Positions 17,388-27,900 of a stretch of 64,000 nt of DNA are shown here, one piece after another. Source of the stretch: a virus. The position numbers were made by a program, and so were the translations under genes. The notes beneath the pieces were generated by a model, which ran no database searches, was not told the origin of the DNA, and was given only the letters and a program-made list of their open reading frames with translations. The DNA is taken from positions 1 to 64,000 of the IMG/VR virus record IMGVR_UViG_3300030117_004232, one strand, 5' to 3'. Position 1 is the first letter of the stretch; each line of letters opens with the position of its first letter.

Positions 17388-19387
17388 CCTTTGGTGCGCA
17401 TTACAAGGGAGATGTCTCAGAGGTTACCATGGGTCACGAGACTGGATTGTATCTGGAATGCAATGAACCTCTGACATTTTCTGCAAGCACCACTGCTGGC
17501 AATGATTACACAGAGATTACCTTCGCGGGCACTGGGGCTGCCAATACAGATGTGGGCGCATCTGGAATACTATCTGTTCCTCTAGGGATGCTTATTGGCT
17601 GTAGGATGACCTTTCACGGCTCCGCTGGTAACTTTTCACCTTATTACTACGAGTCTCTTAGTGGGCGCACTTACACGATTGTAGACCACACATTGGACAC
17701 TGTAACGAAAATCAAGATTGTGCCTGCCCTTGCTACAGGGAGCATTAGTGGCACTAACAACAATGATGTTATTTGCATTCATTCTCTTGGCTTACCTACA
17801 CTTGCAGCCAGTAGTGAGTTCACGATGAATTCCAGTGCTGCAACATCCAAGGAGTTCAGCCTCATTGACCAGTTTATCGGATTGGCTTCTTTCATGACGC
17901 TACCTGATACAACTGTGGACTTACACAAGTATCACATCGTGGGTCTAGGTAGACAAGCCGCAGTACAACAGACAGGTAAGGTTCATCACAAAGGTGGTTC
18001 GCTTGAAATGCCATTGCATGATGCTCGTTGGCTTTACTACAGTCTAGGTAAAGAGGTCGTTGATTGGCAAAACTGTGGTGCTGCGCCATCCAGTTCGTCT
18101 GTAAGGAGTAGTGTAGCGACTGGTATTTCGGCAGGGCAGACTTACATTGACATGCCAACCAATGCGAACTTTGGTAGTACAACTGCTGGAGTTGGAGATT
18201 ATATTCTTATCAAAGACACAACTTTGACGCCAACGACTACTTACAAGGCCCCTGATTTGGCTACCAATACCTATTGGCCAGTGGCTTCTGGAGCAGGATT
18301 GGCCGCTGAGGATGAACATTTTGAGTGGGCTGAAACCAGTGAGATTCGCCGAATTACTGCATTTACTGCATTGTCTAGTGGTGTACGCCTGTTTGTCGAT
18401 GACCCTTGGGCATTCTCTCATGGAACTTGTGACGTGTACTTGCGTGAGGCAGATGACAATGCACCCACGATTGCGACAGACAAGAGCATCACCAATCCTG
18501 TCAAGCACCTTCTTTTCTCTAGTGACACTATACCTTCGTTTTGCATGGAACACAGTATTCGTAATCGTGATATGGGTTCTTACAGTCAAGAGGCTGGCTC
18601 TGCTGCACCGGGAGCCTCTACAGATGCAAAGCAGTTGACAAGAGTATTCAGAGGATGCAAAGTTGTTGAGTGGGAACTATCATCAACAGTAGATGCTGAA
18701 CTCAAGTACAGATGTATCTTTGATGCCCTTTCCTGTTATACCGATACAGGTCGTTTAGAATCAGCAAACAAAGGTGACCGATATACTGCTCATCGCATGT
18801 TCCAAAACACAGCCACAGATGCTGCCAGTCGAGTTGCGTCTGGCATCGCTAGTGGTAGTGAGAAGCCATTTATGTTTTACAATGGTACGGTCAAAGCCTT
18901 CGGTGGTAGTATCGGATTCATAACTTCATTTGAATTACGTGGTAAGACAGGCGTAGAATTGTTTCACACCATCCAAGGCACCACTGTAGCAGAAAGTGTA
19001 GATTCTGATAATCTGTCAACCAAACAGGTACCTTATGGGGGCACACGCAATGCATCAATTATCAGAGAAGGGCGCGAAGAGTTTGAAATGGATATGGTAA
19101 TTGCACTTACAGATGCCAACATGTGGCACCAATTGCGTAGCCATGTAGAGCAGAGCGCTACGGTGGGAACTACAGGAGATGCAGCAGGCTTTATTGAACT
19201 ACATTTCACCAAGCCCGTAACTGCAAATGCAGACCGAGCACCTTCTATTCGCGTCATTGTGGACGATTATGTTATCACTGAGGCCCCTATTCCAGTACCA
19301 GACGACAAGGGGCTTCTCTTCTCTAAGATTCGGATTGAGCCGCGAAATATCAAAGTCATGTCCACTGATACAACTTTCCATTACTGA
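17384..19387 (+). CDS. Putative major tail (tube) protein with accessory domains
   Basis: Position; tube-like segments FRGCKVVEWELSS and ITEAPIPVPDDKG; ATGA coupling. Confidence 0.6.
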   Translation: MTFGAHYKGDVSEVTMGHETGLYLECNEPLTFSASTTAGNDYTEITFAGTGAANTDVGASGILSVPLGMLIGCRMTFHGSAGNFSPYYYESLSGRTYTIVDHTLDTVTKIKIVPALATGSISGTNNNDVICIHSLGLPTLAASSEFTMNSSAATSKEFSLIDQFIGLASFMTLPDTTVDLHKYHIVGLGRQAAVQQTGKVHHKGGSLEMPLHDARWLYYSLGKEVVDWQNCGAAPSSSSVRSSVATGISAGQTYIDMPTNANFGSTTAGVGDYILIKDTTLTPTTTYKAPDLATNTYWPVASGAGLAAEDEHFEWAETSEIRRITAFTALSSGVRLFVDDPWAFSHGTCDVYLREADDNAPTIATDKSITNPVKHLLFSSDTIPSFCMEHSIRNRDMGSYSQEAGSAAPGASTDAKQLTRVFRGCKVVEWELSSTVDAELKYRCIFDALSCYTDTGRLESANKGDRYTAHRMFQNTATDAASRVASGIASGSEKPFMFYNGTVKAFGGSIGFITSFELRGKTGVELFHTIQGTTVAESVDSDNLSTKQVPYGGTRNASIIREGREEFEMDMVIALTDANMWHQLRSHVEQSATVGTTGDAAGFIELHFTKPVTANADRAPSIRVIVDDYVITEAPIPVPDDKGLLFSKIRIEPRNIKVMSTDTTFHY

Positions 19388-19396
19388 GGTGAAAAT

Positions 19397-19750
19397 ATGC
19401 GCTGGTCTTCTCTACATCCTCGCATTAAACCCGAACCTGTTGTAGAAGAGCCTGTAGAAGAACCTGTGGTCACATTTGACCCAGAGGCTGGTAAAGCCAG
19501 CGACAACCCATTCCATGAATCTTTGAAGTATGGAGAAGATAGTACTGTCAAAGAATTGAAAGAACTACTGAGAGCAAAGGAATTGCCCGTCAGTGGAACC
19601 AAGGCTGAGTTAATTGCTCGCCTTGAAGCATCTGAAACAGAGGCCACCGAAGAGGTCACCGCTGAAGAAGATGAGGAGGTCCCCGCAGATGCGGCTACCT
19701 CCGATGAGGAAGTGAGTAAGTATGTCACAGGAGAAGAAACTGAAAATTAA
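19397..19750 (+). CDS. SAP-domain protein, highly acidic
   Basis: Clear SAP pattern TVKELKELLRAKELPVSGTKAELIARL; GAGGTGA RBS. Confidence 0.75.
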   Translation: MRWSSLHPRIKPEPVVEEPVEEPVVTFDPEAGKASDNPFHESLKYGEDSTVKELKELLRAKELPVSGTKAELIARLEASETEATEEVTAEEDEEVPADAATSDEEVSKYVTGEETEN

Positions 19751-20033
19751 CGACACCCCCACGCAAGTTACAGCCAAACGCCTGACATTCTTTGATATTC
19801 AGGCAACTGCGCCCTTGCTTATGAATGGGAATCTAGACTTTAGCGACTATTGGAATCATGCGTTTAGCCAGTGGCTAACGTGTGACCCACCTGTTGATTA
19901 CAACTCATTAAGCCCTGAAGATGGGGCTGAACTCGCCAAACTACTTCCTGACCCCAGCGAAGTCATGGGGTGGCTAGTTTTTCGGGAAGCGAAGCCGGAC
20001 GAATCAGACACTTTGTCCATGGGAGACCAGTGA
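19722..20033 (+). CDS. Putative tail assembly chaperone (G-like)
   Basis: Small ORF between tail tube and TMP-like gene, overlapped by a -1 frame ORF. Confidence 0.5.
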   Translation: MSQEKKLKINDTPTQVTAKRLTFFDIQATAPLLMNGNLDFSDYWNHAFSQWLTCDPPVDYNSLSPEDGAELAKLLPDPSEVMGWLVFREAKPDESDTLSMGDQ

Positions 20034-20245
20034 GTGACCGGCTTCGCCTACAACGAGAAGGAATGGAATATTTACTAATGACACACTACAAAATGGGGTT
20101 GGAAGAAGTGAGAAAATTAAGCGTCAAAGATGCCAAGCAATTGCTGCATTGGGCACAAGCAATGCAAGGTGAAGAAGAGGCTGCTCAAAACGCAGTGTAC
20201 TTGGGCTATGACTCTGTGCCACCACTGGAGGGGAGTTTGTGGTAG
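19970..20245 (+). CDS. Putative tail assembly chaperone extension (T-like; -1 frameshift product or own ATG at 20063)
   Basis: -1 frame relative to previous ORF, opening just before GTTTTTCGGG. Confidence 0.45.
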   Translation: MASFSGSEAGRIRHFVHGRPVSDRLRLQREGMEYLLMTHYKMGLEEVRKLSVKDAKQLLHWAQAMQGEEEAAQNAVYLGYDSVPPLEGSLW

Positions 20246-20664
20246 ATGGAGATATAGACCCGCGCACAGTAGAGGCGATGGACAAATTCAAGCAATACAG
20301 CCAAGAGGCCAGTCAAAATATGAGGACCTTGCAACAGCACATGGACAAGTTCACCAATTCCATGGCAATGACAAAATCACATACAACCGACTTGCGTGAA
20401 TCGTTGCGACAAATGGGAGCAACTCAGCCTTTCCAGCAGATTATGACACAGCAATCTGTAACTGAAAGGCGAGTTGCTGGTGGGGCGCAGTCACCCGAAG
20501 AGCAGGGTAATGTAACGGTCAATCTGCGAATTGATGTCAGCGGAGTTACTGATAAGACTGACAAGCGGCAACTGGCAAAGGAAATCAGCGCAATGGTCAT
20601 GAAAGAAGTACGGGCGAAAATGGGTGGCCCGCTCAATACAAGTGGGTTTAGTCGGAGTGGTTGA
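20239..20664 (+). CDS. Very short tape-measure-like protein
   Basis: TMP position; helical M/Q-rich N-half; TMP-like C-terminus NVTVNLRIDVSG...LAKEISAMV; GGAGGGG RBS before GTG. Confidence 0.5.
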   Translation: MVDGDIDPRTVEAMDKFKQYSQEASQNMRTLQQHMDKFTNSMAMTKSHTTDLRESLRQMGATQPFQQIMTQQSVTERRVAGGAQSPEEQGNVTVNLRIDVSGVTDKTDKRQLAKEISAMVMKEVRAKMGGPLNTSGFSRSG

Positions 20665-23180
20665 GTTTGGTCAAGAATTACGCTGATGGTGAGCGCGTTC
20701 CAATTCGCCTCGTTCAAGAGAACGGGGATGCTATTGAGTTGGATGCCACCAGCATCGACATGGTTGTCGAGCGCATTCAGAGTAATTTTGGCATTCCGTT
20801 TATGTCGGCCAAGAAGTTTGGTATCGATTTGAACCAAGCGGCTGTTATGTTTGAAGTACAGGGTGTGTTTACTGATGAGGCCGGGCAGGAGGCTACATCT
20901 GGTGCAGTAGCCCACATCGACTTTCACCAAACACAGTGGGCTAACCCTCCAAAGCCCGGAGGTAGACCAAGTGGTCAAAGTTCTAAAGGGGAGGAAAAGC
21001 AAGGGACCTATACTAGTTCTGAAGAGCAAGAGTATGAATCTGTAGGGGAAAGGAACTATGGCTTCATTATCAAAAGAGATACAACTACAAAGCAACTTTA
21101 CGACAACTGGCATAAGAAGAAACTCAAATTTCCTGTAGGATATTGGTTGGACCAAGCGACTGCCAATACACTCCCGTATACAACCAATCTACAGTTTTGG
21201 TTTGATGCAGGGCAGTCTGTAACAGGGGTTGCACACGGTGGCTCTATTTCTTCATTTACAGATAAGAGTTCCAATGCTTTCACTTTCACTGCTAGTAGCA
21301 ACCCAAAGTACAACAAGTATGGTGCAAATGGTCGACCTTATGTTTTCTTTGATGGAACAGATGATTATTTTAGCATCAGCAACAGTGACGCAATTGATAC
21401 TGCAATAAATGCTGCAACTGTAACAATTTTTACTGTTGCTCATACTGAAGTTGATAACGGTGATAAGCAGACTATTTTTTCAACCACTGATAATCCGAAC
21501 AAAGGTTACGAAGTTTACCATGATATGACAGGTTCTGAAAATCGAGCCGAAGCCACTGTATACAATAGTGGTGCAGACCAAACAATTACTGGTGATACGG
21601 ATTCAATTACAACAACTGACCCTGTAATAATCTGCGCACAAATGGCTGCCGGAACACTAGATATTTTCGTAAATGGTAAAAAGGCTACTCAGGTAACTGG
21701 CTCTAACATTTACGTGCCAGCCGATACCAATGATGTTTACCTTGGTGCGCTACATAATGGCTCAACAGAAGCCGATTTCTTTTCAGGTAGAATCTATGAA
21801 ACTATCATGTACAGTAGTGCGTTGAGCACAAATGACAGACAACTGATTGAAGGTTATCTAGCACATAAGTACAACATTGGGTTAGTAGGCGAAAGTGGAA
21901 GTGAAGAGACTCATCGGTACCATATCAACGGTCAACACACTTATCTTCCAGATGCTGGTTACGCCACGGTTATCTTTGATACTCAGCGAGCCCCATCTAA
22001 AAATGAGCCGTTTGGCTATCTTAATACTCACCGAAGCACGAGCCTAACCGTTGACGCTGGCGCTACTCCTACAACCACGAGTTGTAGATTATCTGGCAAC
22101 ATCAAAGAGTGGGTAGAAAGTGGTAACTCCAACAGACCATACAAAATTAGTTTCTTTAGAAGCGGTGCCCACATCCAAAATACAACCCTGCGTTCTGTAG
22201 ATTCGGGCGGGACTAATATCACATTTGACCCTATTACAGCCCCTCAAGTTGGTGATGTGCTTCATCTTGCTCCAGATAATGTCATACAATTTAGTGCTCA
22301 TTATGGTGAGCCAGCGCTTGTTTTACCACTGCTGAATGCAGGTGACGATTCAACTACAGGTGGCCCTACTTATCCAAACTATGCTGATGGAACCACTCGC
22401 TTTGCTGGGACTGCGCTTTCATCCCTTAGTACAACTATCACGCGCACGGATGAATACATTGCGCATACATTAGCACAACTACTAAGTCATTCTTCCATTA
22501 GTATCGGTGAAAGAGCCGTAAACGACAATGGTGATACTACTATGGACAAAGTATTCTCTACCAGTGTAAGCACGGCTGGTGATGGCTCTAAGACGCTACT
22601 GAAAATTACTCAGGTACACAAGTCAAATTTCGGTCGATTAGGACTAGGTGCGAACATCAGAAGCGGCTTACCATCAGACAAAACCCCTCTTATCAGAGGA
22701 TTCACAGGTGGTAAGAGTGGCAAGACTGTCAAGTCCGCAGGTGACAAGGTGCAAGACATTCTAGGTATCTTGGGCAACAGCCAGAACTTTGCGTCAAACC
22801 ATGGTGGGACCATTGGTGACTTTATTGAATCGTTTTCGGGTGCGTTGACCCAAGGTGTATACGATGAAGCACTTAGTGGAGATTATATCACCGCCATTCA
22901 AATTCCATACAATTCGTTAGTTACGTTAGGTCAAAGTTCACTTGACACAGAAGTAGCACAGCGTAACTTCTTCTTGACTGTAGGTAACGTCAATACTGCA
23001 CTCAAAACTTCAGTTTCTAATGTCACTCATGCATCCAAGCGATACGCGCCCTACGAAGGGCATACAAGCGCAAGAAATGGCATTCATGGCATTGTCACTG
23101 ACTTCAATGTCAAACGAGATGCTGCAATGAAAGCATACGAATTCAGCCTGCAATTTATCGCAGCAGACATCATCATCTGA
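20661..23180 (+). CDS. Tail tip/baseplate protein with LamG (ConA-like) domain
   Basis: LQFWFDA, NGRPYVFFDGTDDY and FFSGRIYETIMYSSALS...IEGYLAHKY LamG pattern; exact start uncertain. Confidence 0.65.
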   Translation: MSLVKNYADGERVPIRLVQENGDAIELDATSIDMVVERIQSNFGIPFMSAKKFGIDLNQAAVMFEVQGVFTDEAGQEATSGAVAHIDFHQTQWANPPKPGGRPSGQSSKGEEKQGTYTSSEEQEYESVGERNYGFIIKRDTTTKQLYDNWHKKKLKFPVGYWLDQATANTLPYTTNLQFWFDAGQSVTGVAHGGSISSFTDKSSNAFTFTASSNPKYNKYGANGRPYVFFDGTDDYFSISNSDAIDTAINAATVTIFTVAHTEVDNGDKQTIFSTTDNPNKGYEVYHDMTGSENRAEATVYNSGADQTITGDTDSITTTDPVIICAQMAAGTLDIFVNGKKATQVTGSNIYVPADTNDVYLGALHNGSTEADFFSGRIYETIMYSSALSTNDRQLIEGYLAHKYNIGLVGESGSEETHRYHINGQHTYLPDAGYATVIFDTQRAPSKNEPFGYLNTHRSTSLTVDAGATPTTTSCRLSGNIKEWVESGNSNRPYKISFFRSGAHIQNTTLRSVDSGGTNITFDPITAPQVGDVLHLAPDNVIQFSAHYGEPALVLPLLNAGDDSTTGGPTYPNYADGTTRFAGTALSSLSTTITRTDEYIAHTLAQLLSHSSISIGERAVNDNGDTTMDKVFSTSVSTAGDGSKTLLKITQVHKSNFGRLGLGANIRSGLPSDKTPLIRGFTGGKSGKTVKSAGDKVQDILGILGNSQNFASNHGGTIGDFIESFSGALTQGVYDEALSGDYITAIQIPYNSLVTLGQSSLDTEVAQRNFFLTVGNVNTALKTSVSNVTHASKRYAPYEGHTSARNGIHGIVTDFNVKRDAAMKAYEFSLQFIAADIII

Positions 23181-23189
23181 GGGAAAGTT

Positions 23190-24986
23190 ATGGGCATACC
23201 GATTCGACTCAACGTGGGGCCACGGGGGGATAGCACCATCAGCCTCGATGCAGTGAGCCTTGACGTTTCTGTTGACCGGAACGTGAGCGCTTTCCCTACC
23301 CCTAACAATATCCTCAACCGTATGGCGATTGACACAAACGTACCGTCTGTAGAGATTGAGATTGCTGGTATATTGCAAGACGATGAATATGCACCTGAAA
23401 CGACTGGCAGTTCCGCAGATTACGGTGACCAGATACTAATGAATTTTGCAGCCACAGCACCTACGACAAACAATCATTGGAATTACATGACGCATTTAGC
23501 ATCTGCAACTAGTCGTCATCACCAATTTTTAGAATTTCACATTAAATCAGGCGAAGGTTTTGGCATTAGTGCAAGTTCTAAAACAATTGATGTATTGGAT
23601 AGGTATGTAATAGGCGCTACTGAAGATGAGGCATTTGACAATATGGTAGGTAACAAGTTGTTTGACAAGTATGGTCGTACAATAGGCACGATTAGCGCAG
23701 TTACGTTTGCTGCCGACAATACCAGTGCTGTAACCAATCCAGATGGAACCGCTTTGACATTCCAAAATGGGCCGAATACCAATCGCGTAGATACCATTAC
23801 ACTCAGTAGTACTGCTATTGCACTTGATGAAGGGGAAATCATGTATTATGGTGTTGTAAGTGCGCTAGAGGACCAGTGGATTGACAGGTGCTTTGCACTG
23901 TATCCTAACTATTGGAAAGTACAAGGGCAAAACCCAGCATACACTCGGCCTGCTACGCCTACAGCAATTATCTTCAAATTTACAAGCACAGCCTCTCACT
24001 TATCCGGCGGCTCCGCCAGACCCACTATTGTCAACACTGCTAATTCGACACAGGTTCCGGGGACGCCAAGTAGTGGTCGACATGCTGTAATTGAAATACC
24101 AATCGGAGGGGTCATGTATGCTTCTACCAATAACAATCCTGCTAGTACACTGGCACTTTTGGTTAAGGAGGCCATTGACTTATCTTCAGGCACAAGATTG
24201 TCAGTAGAAAGTAAACCACTGATGCCCGGTTTAACCACATCTTATCCTGCCGACGCCTTTGATGCACAAGTATCGGGCGGAACTGTATTGATTACTCAAA
24301 AATATGATTTGGCCAGTAGTCAAAATGTGCAACTAAATGTGTCCCCTAGCATATATGATTCTCCTGCAAATACCTCCGAAATTTTACGAAATAGGCAATT
24401 TTTTGAGGCTCCAAACCAAGCGATTCAATGGGATGAGATAGCACTGTCCGCCTCGACTGTAAGTGCAGATGGGAAACAAAAATCTGCGGGTGACAAGGTG
24501 CAAGATTTACTTGGCATTATCTCAAACGCAACCAAGGGTCGAGATTTGATTCGGGGCATTCAAATTCCTTATGATAGTTTGATTACCAGTTCTGGTGTCA
24601 CTGGCACTGCCCGTAACTTCTTCCTAACCTTTGGCGAACAGAATCTAGATGATAAGGGGTCATTGAATAATAATCGAGAGGCATCGTTACCCTTTGTTCC
24701 CGGCATTGCGGCTAACGACATTGGTGGAGAGCCTAGTCCTGTTGGCGAATCAAACTGGCTTAGTCAATTCGGGTTGGGTGGGGTGGCCAATGCAACAGAG
24801 TCCTTACTGTCTTTTACAGGCAATCTCATCAAAGATAGTTTCGTTTCTTTGGCTACTGCACCACACGGTAACGATGGTGGAATACGAATCCTCCCAGAGA
24901 AACTTCATGTGCGATATGATGCTGGGCATAACTACTACGCCTTCAACCTCAAGTTGTTGGCCTCAGACTTTGTGATAGGTGTTTGA
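23190..24986 (+). CDS. Tail tip/baseplate protein, paralog of the preceding gene
   Basis: Shares PIRL, LDA.S.D..V.R, KSAGDKVQD.LGI, IQIPY.SL.T and RNFFLT.G with 20661-23180. Confidence 0.65.
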   Translation: MGIPIRLNVGPRGDSTISLDAVSLDVSVDRNVSAFPTPNNILNRMAIDTNVPSVEIEIAGILQDDEYAPETTGSSADYGDQILMNFAATAPTTNNHWNYMTHLASATSRHHQFLEFHIKSGEGFGISASSKTIDVLDRYVIGATEDEAFDNMVGNKLFDKYGRTIGTISAVTFAADNTSAVTNPDGTALTFQNGPNTNRVDTITLSSTAIALDEGEIMYYGVVSALEDQWIDRCFALYPNYWKVQGQNPAYTRPATPTAIIFKFTSTASHLSGGSARPTIVNTANSTQVPGTPSSGRHAVIEIPIGGVMYASTNNNPASTLALLVKEAIDLSSGTRLSVESKPLMPGLTTSYPADAFDAQVSGGTVLITQKYDLASSQNVQLNVSPSIYDSPANTSEILRNRQFFEAPNQAIQWDEIALSASTVSADGKQKSAGDKVQDLLGIISNATKGRDLIRGIQIPYDSLITSSGVTGTARNFFLTFGEQNLDDKGSLNNNREASLPFVPGIAANDIGGEPSPVGESNWLSQFGLGGVANATESLLSFTGNLIKDSFVSLATAPHGNDGGIRILPEKLHVRYDAGHNYYAFNLKLLASDFVIGV

Positions 24987-24987
24987 T

Positions 24988-27900
24988 ATGACGATAATGA
25001 TTGACCCCGGATACGCGTTGAAATTCAACGGTATCACAGATGGTGTCTTGATTCCAGCGTCGCAGCACACATTGCATGGAACTGATACCCAAGATGATAA
25101 GCAGTTGCCCAGTGCATTGAGTTCATTTACGCTAGAAACATGGTTTATCCCTGACTCTGGTGGCTCAGTGTTTGAGTATGAAAATATCATGCGCTTGACT
25201 GTCGGTACACCTTCAAGTCCAGCGCCAGCGCAGTTTGAAATCAATCTGAAGAATATAGCAGCGGGGACTATTGAAAGTCACGTTTTGACTAGTGCAAAGC
25301 CCGTGTACGGCATTGATGGGTCATTTACACACTGGGATGGAACATTGTTTCCACATCCTGCTCTTGAAGAGCATAATTCATTCTTGGCCACAGATGCAGG
25401 GTCTAATGACCTTACAGCCTTGAATGAAGGTCATAGAGAACTACTGAATGTCACTGTAGTGTTCAATCGAAAATACATCGTAATGTATGTCAATGGGGAC
25501 ATCGTGGCTGCCAAAGAGTTTGATGAGGACCATGAGGTTGTATTGACGCCTTCTCGGATGTTCCTTGGCGGGCGTGGTGGCGAGTTCCGAGGAACCATCG
25601 AAGCCGTTCATTTGTCTCGTGGAAGTAAGGATTCAGGAAAGGCTGACTTCGCCCCAATTAAAAGTGATGATACGATTGGATTGTGGCGATTTGAAGAGCC
25701 TATTGAGCCTATTTCTCTGATTACGACTACACCTTCTATCTCTGCATCAACAGGTGCTTCATCATCAATTAACATTGGTGCAACCGCAGCACAAGCATTG
25801 ATTGATGAACTTAGTGGGCAAAGTGGACTCACAGCCATCAATTTCACTACGACCAGCCCTTGGACGGATATGGGGCAGTATAGCGTTAAGGTTCATACCG
25901 CGACCAGTTTTGCTACACGCACCATACCCAAAGTGCCGTATAACATTCTTGTCAATCCCTTGGGCTATACTTCAACCACTGGAAAAGCAACCAACAAGGC
26001 TCCTGAAAGATTGCGACTCATGGCCATCGATGCTTCTGCTGGTACGATTACAGTCGAGTCTATTCACCTAGACTTTGCATCTAACTCTACAGATGGTCGA
26101 CGTGGAGCCTTACAAGCGCACGATGCAGGTAGATTTGTGGTGATTACGGGCGATTGCATTGTAGATGGTGGGAATGGTAACGAGTATCAGCCACAGGGTA
26201 GTGGGACGCAGTTTTCACACCGTCAAGGGCAAGTCGTGATTGATGAGAGTCGTTTTGAGAATCACGGTCTAATGTTCTCTATGACAATGGCCAACCGAGA
26301 TGTTCCCGAAAACAAATTTTCAGCATACACCACAAACCCCGGCAGCGGATTCCTGATGGGCCACTCTGGTCGACATACCCTCAATCATGTCAAGAGTCAC
26401 CCGTTCATGGGTATATTGCCGGTCCCTAGTGATTACATTGTTGACAAGAAAATCGATGCGACTGCTGATGTCATTTCTGCAACCTTTGAATCGCAGTACT
26501 CAGACATCAAAGACACCGTCCCACCAAACTCAATTGTATCTGCGTTTAGTACTCATGGGCCTGTAAACATCAAACCAACTATACACACGTCATTTGTTAC
26601 CAGAGTATGTGAAAATGGTATGTCTGATATTAGTGATTCCAGTCGTGGATTGTTGGCTGTTGGCGGACCGGGGTTCAATCCTATTCCTTTTGCACTAAAG
26701 GCTCTGAACAGCCCAGATGCATTAAATCCAACTGGTAGTGTAGCAGAGCATTTGATTCCTTCTTCTGAAAGTCGTATTGCTATTCTTAATGTTCCGAGTT
26801 TATCAACATACAACTACGCACCGTTTGTTCAAATTCATTACAATGCCATTGACCACACAGGTGCAGCGTTTACAACTTGCGCAGCATCAAGGATTACTGG
26901 AACTTCAAATGCAACAACTGTGACCGTACAGAGCATCAAGTCATTTGGTAAAGATGGAGAAACATTCCCTGCAAATGAATTGTACATTGGTACTACTCCA
27001 GCAAGCACGGCGCAAAAGGCGACGAACACAGTAACACTACATCATGGAACCAAGCAACTTCGGTTTAGTGCATCAACTGATAGTGCATTCCAATCTGCTG
27101 ACGTGGCCGATGCAGTTGTAAGAAGATTGATTGGCGGCCCTTCACTCATGGTGACAAAAACTGTCCCTGATGTAAGTACAATTGTAACAGGTTCAACCAG
27201 CATTTTGGATTTAATTCATACTGACTTAGGAACAAATCCACTGGCCGTTTACGCTCCGGGCGGCATAATTGAATTTGACATTCCAGATAACTTTCCATTC
27301 AATGACGGAGATTTAGAAGGAGATAGTTCTGAAGGAGTAGTAGCAGAAGAGGTGTTGGATTTCTCTTTGACTCCCGCTGCCTACTTACCATTGCATTCTT
27401 CAGATTCCCCGCAGACTACACCTCGATTGATTTCAACAGCGAAGACTGAACTTACGGGTCAAAATTCTGTATTCAATCGAATAATAGTCAAACAAAATTT
27501 CAACCCACTTGGTTTGTCTGAAAATGGAGATTTACTAACTGCAAATACAAGTACAGGGCGGAGTCGCTCAACTGGTGTATTCATCAATAATGGCGGTGGC
27601 TATTCTTCCAGCACCACTGGGGCCATGACTGTCGATGGAAATAATGCCACACATCACATCAAAACAGGTGACATATTGTACAAATTGGATGGTACTGTTG
27701 TTGGTACGGTCACAGGAGTTACATCCACTAGTGTCACTGCAAGTGCTGGGACTTCTTCTGCCGTAGTGGATAATGAAGAGTTGTTTACTTCACCCCCCTC
27801 TCCGACAAGAGGCAATACCAACCAATCAACTGCGGTACACGAAATCTTTGACATTATTGAGCACACCTCTCACAACGGTAAGGCTCGTCTTATTGTTCAG

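Noticed and set aside
20424-21155. 243-aa minus-strand ORF and other antisense or overlapping ORFs in the track
   Set aside because: They shadow well-supported genes in a strictly strand-partitioned genome and show no motifs or RBS
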